Shown: positions 47,803-57,389 of the stretch, piece after piece
Layout: each line of letters opens with the position of its first letter
Numbering within the stretch: position 1 is the stretch's first letter
Translations under genes and position numbers: made by a program
Assembly: GCA_023246715.1 (NCBI GenBank)
Contig: JAHFHZ010000001.1
Coordinates: 48,571 to 112,570, forward strand
Origin: Candidatus Magasanikiibacteriota bacterium
GTDB lineage: Bacteria > Patescibacteriota > Patescibacteriia > Magasanikbacterales > GWA2-37-8
Reading direction: 5' to 3'
DNA: 64,000 bases
The notes under the pieces: model-generated
What the model was told of the DNA's origin: nothing
The model's database searches: none
The model's input: only the letters and a program-made list of their open reading frames with translations

Positions 47803-49497
47803 ATGTATATTTTAGGCCTGCATCATGATACCGACACGGGAGCCGTCTTGCTCAAAGACGGTCAGGCTGTTTTTGCTATTAACGAGGAGCGTTTAAGCCG
47901 CGTCAAGTTAGATGAATCTTTTCCCGAACGTAGCATTCAGGCCACCTTGGCGTACGCGGGCATTACGCTTAGCGATATTGACGTGGTGAGCTTTGGCTGG
48001 CATAGCGGATTTCCGTATGAAGAACATTTAACCGGGTATGTTTCGCGTTGCGTGGATATTGCCGAAGGAAGCGCAGAAGCAAAAAAAATTATGCTGGAGC
48101 GGGTGGCGGTGGAAATCAGCCAGGACGTGCCGAAAAAAAGATTCTTTGATGAACAGATGAAGCGTTTGGGATTGACGGCTAAAATGGAATATTTTGACCA
48201 TCATCGCAGCCACGCGTCGTGCGCGTTTTATCCCTCGCCGTTTGACGAAGCGCTCGTGGTAACGCTTGATGCCCGTGGCAATTTTAGGAGCGGAGCCGTT
48301 TTTCACGGTAAAGGTTCGGAAATGAAAGAGATCTCGTGTAATTATTCGTTTGATAGCCTGGGGTTTTTGTACGGACAAATTACGGATTATTTGGGATTCA
48401 AGCCGCACCGGCACGAGGGTAAAATTACTGGTTTGGCCGCTTATGGCGACCCAGAAAAATGTTTGCCGATCATGCGAGAAATGATTAAAGTCAAAGATGG
48501 CAAAATATACGGTGTGATTGGTAAGTACTATAAGCCTTTTTATACGCAACATCTGGTAGCTTTGAAACAGGCCCTGGCCCCGCATTCACGCGAAGATATC
48601 GCGGCGGCCGTGCAACGCCACCTTGAAGATGTTACTTGCGAATATATTGAGTATTACGTTAAAACTACCGGGCTCACCAAAATTGCGGCAGCGGGCGGTG
48701 TGTTTGCCAACGTGAAATTAAACCAGCGAATCCGGGCGATTCCCGGAGTGGAGGATTTGTATGTCTTTCCACAAATGGGAGATGGCGGTTTGGCCATGGG
48801 CGCGGCGCTGTTGAGTTGGCATGCTCGGAGCGCCGAGCGCAAAGCCTTGGCCAACGTTTATTTGGGACCGGAATGGACCAACGGACAGATTGAGGAAGCC
48901 GTGGCCAAGCATACTGGCAAGTTGCAAATTACTCAGTTTGCTTCCAATCAGGAGTGCGCGGGCCGCGTGGTAGAATTGCTCAAAAAAGATTCCATCATCG
49001 GCTTGTTCCAGGGCCGGATGGAGTATGGGCCCAGGGCCTTGGGCAATCGGACTATTTTGTATCACGCCAACGACCGATCGGTGAATGATTGGCTTAATAA
49101 GCGTTTGAACCGGACGGAGTTTATGCCGTTCGCGCCGGTGACTATTAAGGAATTAGCCCCCCGTTGTTTTATGGGCTGGAAACCGGAACACGTTACCACG
49201 ACATTTATGACTGAGTGCTATGATTGCACCGATGAAATGAAGCAGAACGCCCCAGCGGTGGTGCACGTGGACGGCACGGCCCGTCCGCAGATTATTGCTC
49301 GGGAAGATAATCCTTTTTATTACGACGTTATTAAGGGTTGGAACGCGGCTACTGGCGGGCTGTGTTTGATTAACACCAGCTTTAACGAGCACGAGCACCC
49401 AATCGTTTGTTCGATTGATGACGCGTTAAACAGCTTGCTTGGCAACAACGTGGACTGCGTGGTGGCTAATGGCCGGTATCTTATTCAGCCCATTTAA
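47803..49497 (+). CDS. NodU/CmcH-family O-carbamoyltransferase
   Basis: NEERLSRVK, HHRSHA, EGKITGLAAYG, AGGVFANVKLN, GDGG, GRMEYGPRALGNR, RTEFMPFAP, HVDGTARPQ and NTSFN. Confidence 0.93.
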   Translation: MYILGLHHDTDTGAVLLKDGQAVFAINEERLSRVKLDESFPERSIQATLAYAGITLSDIDVVSFGWHSGFPYEEHLTGYVSRCVDIAEGSAEAKKIMLERVAVEISQDVPKKRFFDEQMKRLGLTAKMEYFDHHRSHASCAFYPSPFDEALVVTLDARGNFRSGAVFHGKGSEMKEISCNYSFDSLGFLYGQITDYLGFKPHRHEGKITGLAAYGDPEKCLPIMREMIKVKDGKIYGVIGKYYKPFYTQHLVALKQALAPHSREDIAAAVQRHLEDVTCEYIEYYVKTTGLTKIAAAGGVFANVKLNQRIRAIPGVEDLYVFPQMGDGGLAMGAALLSWHARSAERKALANVYLGPEWTNGQIEEAVAKHTGKLQITQFASNQECAGRVVELLKKDSIIGLFQGRMEYGPRALGNRTILYHANDRSVNDWLNKRLNRTEFMPFAPVTIKELAPRCFMGWKPEHVTTTFMTECYDCTDEMKQNAPAVVHVDGTARPQIIAREDNPFYYDVIKGWNAATGGLCLINTSFNEHEHPIVCSIDDALNSLLGNNVDCVVANGRYLIQPI

Positions 49498-49506
49498 GAT
49501 TACCAT

Positions 49507-50040
49507 ATGCGGCTTAGTGATTTGCGCCCGATGATTCAAACTTCCCGGTTAGGTCTACGCAAATTGACCCTTGAAGACGCCAATGAGCGGTATGTTGGCT
49601 GGTTGAATGACCCTGAGGTAAACGTCTACTTGGAAACGCGAACCGCCACGGTACAGGGTATCCGCGATTATATTGATAAAAAATCAAGTAGCGATACAGC
49701 TTTGCTGCTTGGTATTTATTGGCAACAGAATGATGACTTTATTGGTACGGTGAAACTGGAACCGATTGATTTTGCCACTGGAGTGGCGACAATGGGTATT
49801 TTGATTGGCGATAAAGTTTATTGGGGCAAGGGGGTAGCTACCGAAGTGGTGAATGCTATTACTGAGTATGCTTTTAATAGCTTGGGCCTTTCTGAAGTGA
49901 ATTTAGGGGTACTCGGCGCGAACTTGCCAGCTATCCGGGTCTATGAAAAGTGTGGTTTTGCTACGTATCAAGTTGACAAAAATGCCCGACAACACGGCGA
50001 CGCCACGTACGATCAGGTGTGGATGCGGCGTAACAAATAA
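49507..50040 (+). CDS. GNAT N-acetyltransferase (RimJ/PseH-like)
   Basis: YVGWLNDPEV, GILIGDKVYWGKGVATE and NLPAIRVYEKCGF. Confidence 0.88.
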   Translation: MRLSDLRPMIQTSRLGLRKLTLEDANERYVGWLNDPEVNVYLETRTATVQGIRDYIDKKSSSDTALLLGIYWQQNDDFIGTVKLEPIDFATGVATMGILIGDKVYWGKGVATEVVNAITEYAFNSLGLSEVNLGVLGANLPAIRVYEKCGFATYQVDKNARQHGDATYDQVWMRRNK

Positions 50041-50059
50041 TTTATAAATTAGTTTGCTT

Positions 50060-51037
50060 ATGAACTTGGTGGCAAATATATTGCTGGTTGGTTTCGGCTC
50101 TATCGGGCGGCGGCATTATGCCAACCTGCTTGCTTTGGGGCATACTGCAATCAGCGTGGTTGATCCGGATGATTCGCGATTTATCGATCAACCCGGCGTA
50201 CGCCGTTTTAACCAAGAATTAAGCGAACAAAATTTAGCTCAATTTAACATCGTGTTTATTTGTAATCCGACGAGCGCCCATATCCCGGTAGCGCTCCTGG
50301 CCGCCCGGGCGGGCTGTCATTTATTTATTGAGAAGCCATTGTCGCACACGCTGGAGGGTGCCCGGGAGCTTGCCCTGCTCGCCATAAAGCAAAAATTGAT
50401 TACTATGGTTGGCTGCAATCTGCGTTTTGACCCGGCGATTTCTAAAATGAAAGAGCTGTGCGCGGCTGGCGCGGCGGGTAAAATTTTAGCAGTGTATTTG
50501 GAATATGGCCGGTATTTGCCGTATCAACGTCCAACGGTTGATTATAGGACTGTCTATGCTGGTAAAAAAGCGATGGGCGGCGGAGTTTTATTGGATGATA
50601 TCCACGATTTTGATTTATTAACGTGGTTTTCCGACCAGGCGTCGCTTGAAAAGATACAAATCTTTAAAGCCCATGTAAGTAATTTGGAAATTGACGTGGA
50701 AGATATTGCGAACGTGGTGGTGCAGTTTGAAAATGGCATTATCGGGAGCATCCGTTGTGACTATCTGCAACAATATAAACACCGCAATTTAAAGATTATC
50801 GGCGAGAAAGCGAATTTGGTTTGGGAATTCCGCGAGAATAAAATTTGGGGGGAGTACTATGATCAAGGTACGGAGCGTCGTGATTTACTCGCTGCGTTCG
50901 AGCAGGCTGATCCAAATAAAATGTATCAGGACGAACTTAATTATTTTTTAAGCTGTGTTCAAGATAAAAAAGAAACCTTTCATGGCGTGAGCGATGCAGC
51001 GGCCGAAATTGAATCTTTACTTACCGCGAAGCTATGA
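50060..51037 (+). CDS. Gfo/Idh/MocA family oxidoreductase
   Basis: VGFGSIGRRH, CNPTSAH, FIEKP, GCNLRF and GGGVLLDDIHDFD. Confidence 0.92.
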   Translation: MNLVANILLVGFGSIGRRHYANLLALGHTAISVVDPDDSRFIDQPGVRRFNQELSEQNLAQFNIVFICNPTSAHIPVALLAARAGCHLFIEKPLSHTLEGARELALLAIKQKLITMVGCNLRFDPAISKMKELCAAGAAGKILAVYLEYGRYLPYQRPTVDYRTVYAGKKAMGGGVLLDDIHDFDLLTWFSDQASLEKIQIFKAHVSNLEIDVEDIANVVVQFENGIIGSIRCDYLQQYKHRNLKIIGEKANLVWEFRENKIWGEYYDQGTERRDLLAAFEQADPNKMYQDELNYFLSCVQDKKETFHGVSDAAAEIESLLTAKL

Positions 51038-51795
51038 CGCTCAATATTTTTATTCAGGCGCGGATGGGTTCCACGCGCTTGCCTGGCAAAATGCTGGCTT
51101 TAATTGCGGATAAAACTGTTCTGCAGGTTTTAGTAGAGCGGTTGCGGCGTGTAAATGGCCGCCCACAGATTATCCTGGCAACGAGCAGCTCGCCCGAGAA
51201 CGATGTTTTAGAGTCAGAAGCGAGGCGTTTGGGAATTGCTGCTTTTCGCGGCGCGGAAGAAAATATTTTAGACCGTTTATACAAGGCCAGCCAAGAATTT
51301 CCTGCGGATTTATTGGCTAGGGTAACTGGTGATTGTCCGTTGATTGATTCCGCGCTTATTGATGAAGGGCGACAAGTTTTGGAGCGAGGCGGCTACGATA
51401 TGGTGAGTAACGTGCGCGTACGCTCTTATCCCGACGGGCTTGATTTTGAATTGTTTAAACCGGCGGCTTTGGAGCGAGCGTGGCAGGCCGAACAGGCTGA
51501 CGAACGCGGAGGAGACGTTTTTATTAATCCCACTCAGTATATTCACCACCAGCCGAATTTTAAGGAGCATGATTTAGTGCATGAACCGAACCTTGGCGAA
51601 TTACGCTTGACGCTCGACCATCCTGAAGACCTGGAAGTCATCCGGCAGGTTTACGCCGGGCTGGCGCACAACGAGGAATTTGGTTTACAGGAGATCGTTG
51701 CTTTCCTGCAGGCAAACCCCCACATTGTAGAACTTAATAAAAAATACGTTCAATTGGATTACGGCTTGAGTCCAGCTGTAGGGGTGACCACTTAA
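51034..51795 (+). CDS. SpsF/PseF-like cytidylyltransferase (CMP-nonulosonate synthetase family)
   Basis: IQARMGSTRLPGK, RVTGDCPLID, YPDGLD and RLTLDHPED. Confidence 0.9.
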   Translation: MTLNIFIQARMGSTRLPGKMLALIADKTVLQVLVERLRRVNGRPQIILATSSSPENDVLESEARRLGIAAFRGAEENILDRLYKASQEFPADLLARVTGDCPLIDSALIDEGRQVLERGGYDMVSNVRVRSYPDGLDFELFKPAALERAWQAEQADERGGDVFINPTQYIHHQPNFKEHDLVHEPNLGELRLTLDHPEDLEVIRQVYAGLAHNEEFGLQEIVAFLQANPHIVELNKKYVQLDYGLSPAVGVTT

Positions 51796-51811
51796 TTGCC
51801 ACCCAGCTTTC

Positions 51812-51839
51812 TTGCCTTATTCCCCGGCCGCAGTATAAT
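51812..51839 (+). promoter_or_regulatory. sigma70 promoter for amidotransferase triplet 1
   Basis: TTGCCT (51812-51817), 16-nt spacer, TATAAT (51834-51839). Confidence 0.55.
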
Positions 51840-51864
51840 AGTTTAGTTATCCTAAAATACCCCT

Positions 51865-53028
51865 ATGAATACCAGAATTGTCAGTGATTCCAAGGATCTA
51901 ATTCGCTGTTCGCGCTGCGTGATGCCCGAAACCCAGGAGCCGATTATGTTCGACGCCGAGGGGGTTTGTAATACCTGCCGGAATTTAGAAATAAAACAGC
52001 AAAAAATTGACTGGGACGCCCGACTGAAACAGTTTGAGGAAATCATTAATCAATACCGGGGCAAGTACCAGTACGATTGCATTGTCCCATTTAGCGGCGG
52101 CAAGGATTCCACCTATACCGTGTGGGCGCTGGTTAAAAAGTTCGGTTTGAAGCCGTTGGTGGTGCGGTACAACCACCATATGATTCGGCCGCAAACTTTG
52201 CGCAATCAGGAAATGACGATTAAACAGCTTAAGTTGGATTTTTTGGAATATCGCACTGATTGGGATTTGGTAAAAAAATTAATGCGCGTCAGCCTGGACC
52301 GCAAGGGTGATATTTACTGGTACCAACACACTGGCATTTTTTGTTTCCCGATGCACATGGCGATTAAGTTCAACGTACCATTGATTATTTGGGGCGAGCC
52401 CACGGCCGAGTACGCCGCGTATTACCGCTATGATGAAGAAGAAATCGGCGACGAGGAGCGCTTCAATTATTTTATCAATCTCGGAATTACCGCCCAAGAC
52501 ATGATCGGTTTTTTGAATGATCCGACCGTAAAATTAGCTGATCTTTGGGCCCATCAGTTCCCGGCCCGCAAAGATTTACAGGCGATTGAATGTCGCTCAA
52601 TTTGTTTGGGAACCTACACTCCGTGGGATGTAAAGGCGCAGGCCAAGATTATTCAAGACGAACTTGGTTGGAAAGGTGATATGGTAGAAGGGGTGCCACC
52701 GGAGTATAACTACGAAAAAATTGAAGACATGCTACAGGGCGTACAAGATTATCTTAAATATATCAAACGTGGCTATGGTCGCATGAGCCACCTGGCTTCG
52801 ATTGATATTAGGAATGGTCGATTGACCCGCGAAAAGGCAATGCAAATGGTGGAGCAATGGGAAGGCCGCCGCCCCGGGAGCCTTGATGCGTTATTAAAAT
52901 GGCTCAATTTGTCCGAAGTGGAATTTTATGAAATTGCCAATCGGCATCGAGTGAGCCCCTGGAAACACGATTCTTCCCAGACCAAACGCGGCGAATCGCT
53001 CCCAGATCAAAAGGATTGGGTGATTTAA
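51865..53028 (+). CDS. N-acetyl sugar amidotransferase (PseA/WbuX/WbpG family), copy 1
   Basis: CSRCVMP...CNTC, YDCIVPFSGGKDS (PP-loop), IIWGE, YLKYIKRGYGR and IRNGRLTRE. Confidence 0.92.
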   Translation: MNTRIVSDSKDLIRCSRCVMPETQEPIMFDAEGVCNTCRNLEIKQQKIDWDARLKQFEEIINQYRGKYQYDCIVPFSGGKDSTYTVWALVKKFGLKPLVVRYNHHMIRPQTLRNQEMTIKQLKLDFLEYRTDWDLVKKLMRVSLDRKGDIYWYQHTGIFCFPMHMAIKFNVPLIIWGEPTAEYAAYYRYDEEEIGDEERFNYFINLGITAQDMIGFLNDPTVKLADLWAHQFPARKDLQAIECRSICLGTYTPWDVKAQAKIIQDELGWKGDMVEGVPPEYNYEKIEDMLQGVQDYLKYIKRGYGRMSHLASIDIRNGRLTREKAMQMVEQWEGRRPGSLDALLKWLNLSEVEFYEIANRHRVSPWKHDSSQTKRGESLPDQKDWVI

Positions 53029-53035
53029 AACTCGT

Positions 53036-53659
53036 ATGATCGTAGTGGTTGACTACGGCATGGGAAATTTGGGTTCGATTGCGAAAGCCCTGGAGTATGT
53101 CGGGGGTGAAGTACTCGTAACCAACGACCCTGCCCGTGTGGCACAAGCCGATAAATTAGTGCTCCCCGGAATGGGCGCTTTTCAGGATGGCATGAAACAT
53201 CTGGAGGAGCGTGGTTTGGTGCCCCTGTTGACCGATTTGGTGTTGAACCAAAAAAAACCATTTTTGGGGATTTGTTTAGGCATGCAGCTTTTGGCTAAAC
53301 GCGGTTTTGAATGGGGCGAATACCCCGGTTTGGGTTGGATTGACGCCGAGGTGGTTCGATTTGAAGTTGATAAAATCAAGGGATTAAGCGTGCCCCACGT
53401 GGGATGGAATGATTTAACTTTGACGCGGAGCACGCCGTTATTTGCTGGCTTGGAGAATGGGGCGGATGTTTATTTCGTGCATAGCTATCATTTGGCGTGC
53501 CGTGAACCGAAGTTGGTGACTGCTACATTTGAATACGGCGATACTTTTACCGCCGCTTTAATGCAGGAGAATATTTTTGCCACGCAATTTCACCCAGAAA
53601 AAAGTCAACGTGATGGACTGACGATGCTCAAGAATTTTTTATCTTGGCAACCCCAGTGA
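53036..53659 (+). CDS. hisH: HisH-like glutamine amidotransferase subunit (WbuY-type), copy 1
   Basis: DYGMGNL, LPGMGAF, GICLGMQ, PHVGWN, YFVHSY and QFHPEKS. Confidence 0.92.
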   Translation: MIVVVDYGMGNLGSIAKALEYVGGEVLVTNDPARVAQADKLVLPGMGAFQDGMKHLEERGLVPLLTDLVLNQKKPFLGICLGMQLLAKRGFEWGEYPGLGWIDAEVVRFEVDKIKGLSVPHVGWNDLTLTRSTPLFAGLENGADVYFVHSYHLACREPKLVTATFEYGDTFTAALMQENIFATQFHPEKSQRDGLTMLKNFLSWQPQ

Positions 53660-53660
53660 T

Positions 53661-54416
53661 ATGTTGAAACAGCGCATTATCCCGATGCTACTACTCTATA
53701 AAGGGAGAATGGTTAAGACCGTTCAATTTGCCGAGTATCGTGATGTTGGCAACCCCGTCACCACCGCGCGTGTTTTCCAGGCGCAACGAGCCGACGAATT
53801 GCTCTTCCTGGATATTTCTGCTAGCATCGAAGATCGGGGGATACTTTTTGATATCGTTAAAGAGGTCTCCGGTGAATGTTTCATGCCTTTGGGCGTTGGC
53901 GGCGGCCTGCGTACTTTGGAGGATATTCGCGCGATTTTGGAAAAAGGCGCGGATAAGGTAATTATTAATACCGCGGCAGTGGAACATCCCGGCTTTATAG
54001 AAGACGCGGCGCGACGATTCGGCAGTTCCACGATTGTAGTTTCGATTGATACGAAAAAAAGGAACGACGGGACTTACGAAGTGTATACGCGCCGGGCGAC
54101 CAACGCTACCGGGCTTGATCCGGTTGCCTGGGCCGTTGAAGCCGCGCGGCGCGGCGCGGGGGAAATTATTATTACCCGGGCTGATTTGGACGGGACGATG
54201 CAGGGATTGGATATTGGACTCATTACGAAAGTTGTCCAATCCGTGAACGTGCCCGTGGTGGCTTCGGGTGGGGTGGGATCGCTCGATGATTTTCGCAACG
54301 CTTTTCAGGCTGGAGTATCAGGAGTAGGCGCGGGGAGCATTTTTCACTTTACCGATCAGAGCATTGTTAAAACCAGAAAATATTTATGTAATGCCGGGAT
54401 TAATGTACGGCCTTAA
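53661..54416 (+). CDS. hisF: HisF-like cyclase/ammonia-channel subunit (WbuZ-type), copy 1
   Basis: RIIPMLL, ADEL, VGGG, GADKV, GAGEI, DGT and ASGG; the canonical HisF PCLD motif is not present. Confidence 0.88.
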   Translation: MLKQRIIPMLLLYKGRMVKTVQFAEYRDVGNPVTTARVFQAQRADELLFLDISASIEDRGILFDIVKEVSGECFMPLGVGGGLRTLEDIRAILEKGADKVIINTAAVEHPGFIEDAARRFGSSTIVVSIDTKKRNDGTYEVYTRRATNATGLDPVAWAVEAARRGAGEIIITRADLDGTMQGLDIGLITKVVQSVNVPVVASGGVGSLDDFRNAFQAGVSGVGAGSIFHFTDQSIVKTRKYLCNAGINVRP

Positions 54417-54428
54417 TAATAGGGATGT

Positions 54429-55481
54429 ATGATTAAAGACATTCGCCTGGGTAATCGCGTGCTGGGGTTGGAACAACCGGTTTTTATTTCGGCCGAAGTA
54501 GGCACTACCTGCAACGGTGATTTTGAAACTGCTAAAAAATTAATCAAAGCCGCCAAAGATGCTGGCATGGACGCAGTAAAATTCCAAATTCTTGACCCGC
54601 TTGATAAATACAGCGACCATTCGCTCACTTATACCTATAAGCGGTTCAACGGCGAAGAAGTAACTGAAAATTTTATTGAGATGCTTAAAAAGTACGTGCA
54701 ACCCAAAGAAAATTGGCGGGCGCTAAAGGAATACGCCGATGAGTTGGGAATTATTATGTTTGCCACCCCCGACCATATGGCGGCGGTGGATCTGATGGAA
54801 GAATTGGGGATGCCCGCCTATAAAGTGGCCACTTGGGACGTAACCTGGTATCCATTTTTACGCAAAATTGCTTGTACCAAAAAACCAGTTGTTTTGGACT
54901 TTGGCGCTTCGGATAAAGAAGAAATTGCCCGGATTTTGAAAATTTTTGAAGAAGAAGGCAATGACCAATTGATTTTACTGCATTGCTACCATACCAATGA
55001 TTTTGCCCAAATGAACATCCGCACCGTGGAATATTTGCGTGAAGCGTTTGGCCACCTGAGCGGCTATTCGGCAGATGACGCGAATCATGATTTAGATTTT
55101 ATGTCACTCCCATATCGCCCGGTGTATATTGAAAAGCGTTTGACACTGAACCGTGAGGACCCTAACCATCATCATGGTAAGGCCGCGCAGCCAGAAGAAA
55201 TGGTGGCTTACGTACAGCGTATTCATGAATTGAGTAAAGCGCGTGGAGTGTTTGATGTGCGCCCGACTGAAGGAGATTTGCGCGATAAATTTAAGTATTT
55301 CCGCCGAATTGTGGTTTATCGCGACCTTAAAGCAGGTGAAACGTTGACGGAAGAAAACACGATGTGCAAGCGTCCATTGCAAGGCGGGGTCGACCCACAG
55401 TATTTGCCTTTATTTTTGGGGCGTACGGTTAAACGGGCGATGAAGGAAAACGAACCAGTCCAATGGGTTGACTTGGAATAA
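54429..55481 (+). CDS. Divergent NeuB/PseI-family nonulosonic acid synthase homolog with a SAF domain
   Basis: AEVG, AGMDAVKFQ, ATP, YKVA, LLHC, IEK and a C-terminal RR..DLKAGE..KRP..G SAF domain; several catalytic motifs are altered. Confidence 0.85.
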   Translation: MIKDIRLGNRVLGLEQPVFISAEVGTTCNGDFETAKKLIKAAKDAGMDAVKFQILDPLDKYSDHSLTYTYKRFNGEEVTENFIEMLKKYVQPKENWRALKEYADELGIIMFATPDHMAAVDLMEELGMPAYKVATWDVTWYPFLRKIACTKKPVVLDFGASDKEEIARILKIFEEEGNDQLILLHCYHTNDFAQMNIRTVEYLREAFGHLSGYSADDANHDLDFMSLPYRPVYIEKRLTLNREDPNHHHGKAAQPEEMVAYVQRIHELSKARGVFDVRPTEGDLRDKFKYFRRIVVYRDLKAGETLTEENTMCKRPLQGGVDPQYLPLFLGRTVKRAMKENEPVQWVDLE

Positions 55482-55490
55482 TTTTCATTT

Positions 55491-56732
55491 ATGAATTACT
55501 GCCAACGCTGCTGTTATCCGGCCAATGCAAAACCTACGATTGCTTTTGACGATCAAGGAGTTTGCAGCGGGTGCCGATTGCACGACGCGCGCAAGCAAAT
55601 TGATTGGAAAGAGCGCGAAACGTGGTTCCGGGAAATTATGGAAAAATATAAAGCCGAAGGCAAAAAGCGCGGCAATATTTATGACTGCGTGATCGCGGTC
55701 TCGGGTGGCAAAGACAGTTTCTATCAAGCGTGGTTGGCTAAACAATACGGCATGAATCCGCTTTTGGTGACGTTTAACCATACGTTTAATACCAAAGTAG
55801 GGATTTATAATTTGCAAACGATGGTCAAAAGCCTGAATCTGGACTTGTTGCGCTTTACCCCGAACGAAGAATCAGTGCGCAAAATTTCGCGCCATATGGT
55901 GAAGACGGTGGGTGACTGCGATTGGCATTCGCATGCTGGCATTATGACTTTCCCCATTCGCGTGGCCGTGCAATACAACACCCCGTTGATTATCTGGGGT
56001 GAACACGGGTTTGCGGACCAGACGGGTATGTTCAACCAAAATGACATGGTGGAATTCACCAAGAAAACTCGCCGCGAACACAGCATGCGCGGTTTTGAGC
56101 CTGAGGATTTGGTGGGGCATGAAGGGCTGGCTGAAAAAGATTTAGGACCGTACCATTATCCATCGGACGAAGAAATTGAGCGCGTTGGTTTGCGCGGTAT
56201 TTACATCAGTAATTACTTTTTCTGGAATGGCAAAGCCCAGGCGGAATTTTTGATTAAGAATTTTAATTTCCGTACGGCCGCGCAGAAGGACCGAACGTAT
56301 AATATTTACGACAAAATTGATGGGTTCCATCAATGCGGCACGCATGATTATTTGAAATACCTGAAGTTTGGATATGGTCGGGCGACTGATGACGCTAGTA
56401 TGGATATCCGCCATGGTCGGATGACCCGCGAAGAGGGGATTGAAATGGTACAAAAATACGATCATGTTCGGCCAACCGATTTGGATGTATACCTGAAGTG
56501 GGTGGGACTAAGCGAGGCAGAATTAATGGGCGTGGTGGATACCATGCGCGACCAGAAAATTTGGCAGAAAGACGCTGCTCACAAATGGCAGATAACTGAT
56601 TCAATTGGTAATCATATCAATGATCCTGGAGCGCAAACGGCGAAATTACCGCTTGATGGAGATCGCGGTGGTTATACCGCGAATCTACCCCCGTATTATT
56701 GGGAGCGTGATGATCAATATATTATTTTGTAG
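55491..56732 (+). CDS. N-acetyl sugar amidotransferase (PseA/WbuX family), copy 2
   Basis: CQRCCYP...CSGC, YDCVIAVSGGKDS, IIWGE, HDYLKYLKFGYGRATD and IRHGRMTREE. Confidence 0.92.
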   Translation: MNYCQRCCYPANAKPTIAFDDQGVCSGCRLHDARKQIDWKERETWFREIMEKYKAEGKKRGNIYDCVIAVSGGKDSFYQAWLAKQYGMNPLLVTFNHTFNTKVGIYNLQTMVKSLNLDLLRFTPNEESVRKISRHMVKTVGDCDWHSHAGIMTFPIRVAVQYNTPLIIWGEHGFADQTGMFNQNDMVEFTKKTRREHSMRGFEPEDLVGHEGLAEKDLGPYHYPSDEEIERVGLRGIYISNYFFWNGKAQAEFLIKNFNFRTAAQKDRTYNIYDKIDGFHQCGTHDYLKYLKFGYGRATDDASMDIRHGRMTREEGIEMVQKYDHVRPTDLDVYLKWVGLSEAELMGVVDTMRDQKIWQKDAAHKWQITDSIGNHINDPGAQTAKLPLDGDRGGYTANLPPYYWERDDQYIIL

Positions 56733-56753
56733 TGGGTTAGTAAGCTGTCGGTT

Positions 56754-57389
56754 ATGATCGGCATTGTAAATTATCAGGCCAATAATTTGCGCTCAGTTGC
56801 CAACGCTCTTAAGGCGATTGGCGCTGAATTTTTTATTGCCGATGAACCAGCTCGCTTGGCCAAGGCAACGGCTATTGTGCTGCCTGGCGTGGGCGCTTTT
56901 AGCGACAGTATGACCAATTTGAGGCGTCTGGGCTTTATCGAGCCCCTGCAACAGGCGGTGCGCGTTGAAAAAAAACCGGTGTTAGGCCTCTGTCTGGGGA
57001 TGCAGTTGATGGCAGAAAAAAGTTTTGAATTTGGCGAGCATGAAGGTTTGGGTTGGTTACAAGGAACAGTAGAAAAAATTGAGCCAAACGATCAGTCGTT
57101 CAGGGTGCCGCACATGGGTTGGAATAATTTGGAACATATTTCGCCCGCCAGCATGCTGTTGCAGAGTATCGTGCAGCCAGCGGTAGTTTATTTTGTGCAT
57201 AGTTATTATTTTAAACCGGTCGCTGGAGCGGAAGCGGTAGTAACTTCAACTGTTTCACACGGACTCACCCTTACAGCTACGGTGGAAAAAGATTATATTT
57301 TTGGTTGTCAGTTCCATCCCGAAAAAAGCCAGCAAGCCGGTTTGCTGATTTTGCAAAATTTTGTTGAATATACCAAACAACATGCTTAA
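56754..57389 (+). CDS. hisH: HisH-like glutamine amidotransferase subunit, copy 2
   Basis: NNLRSV, LPGVGAF, GLCLGMQ, PHMGWN, YFVHSY and QFHPEKS. Confidence 0.92.
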   Translation: MIGIVNYQANNLRSVANALKAIGAEFFIADEPARLAKATAIVLPGVGAFSDSMTNLRRLGFIEPLQQAVRVEKKPVLGLCLGMQLMAEKSFEFGEHEGLGWLQGTVEKIEPNDQSFRVPHMGWNNLEHISPASMLLQSIVQPAVVYFVHSYYFKPVAGAEAVVTSTVSHGLTLTATVEKDYIFGCQFHPEKSQQAGLLILQNFVEYTKQHA

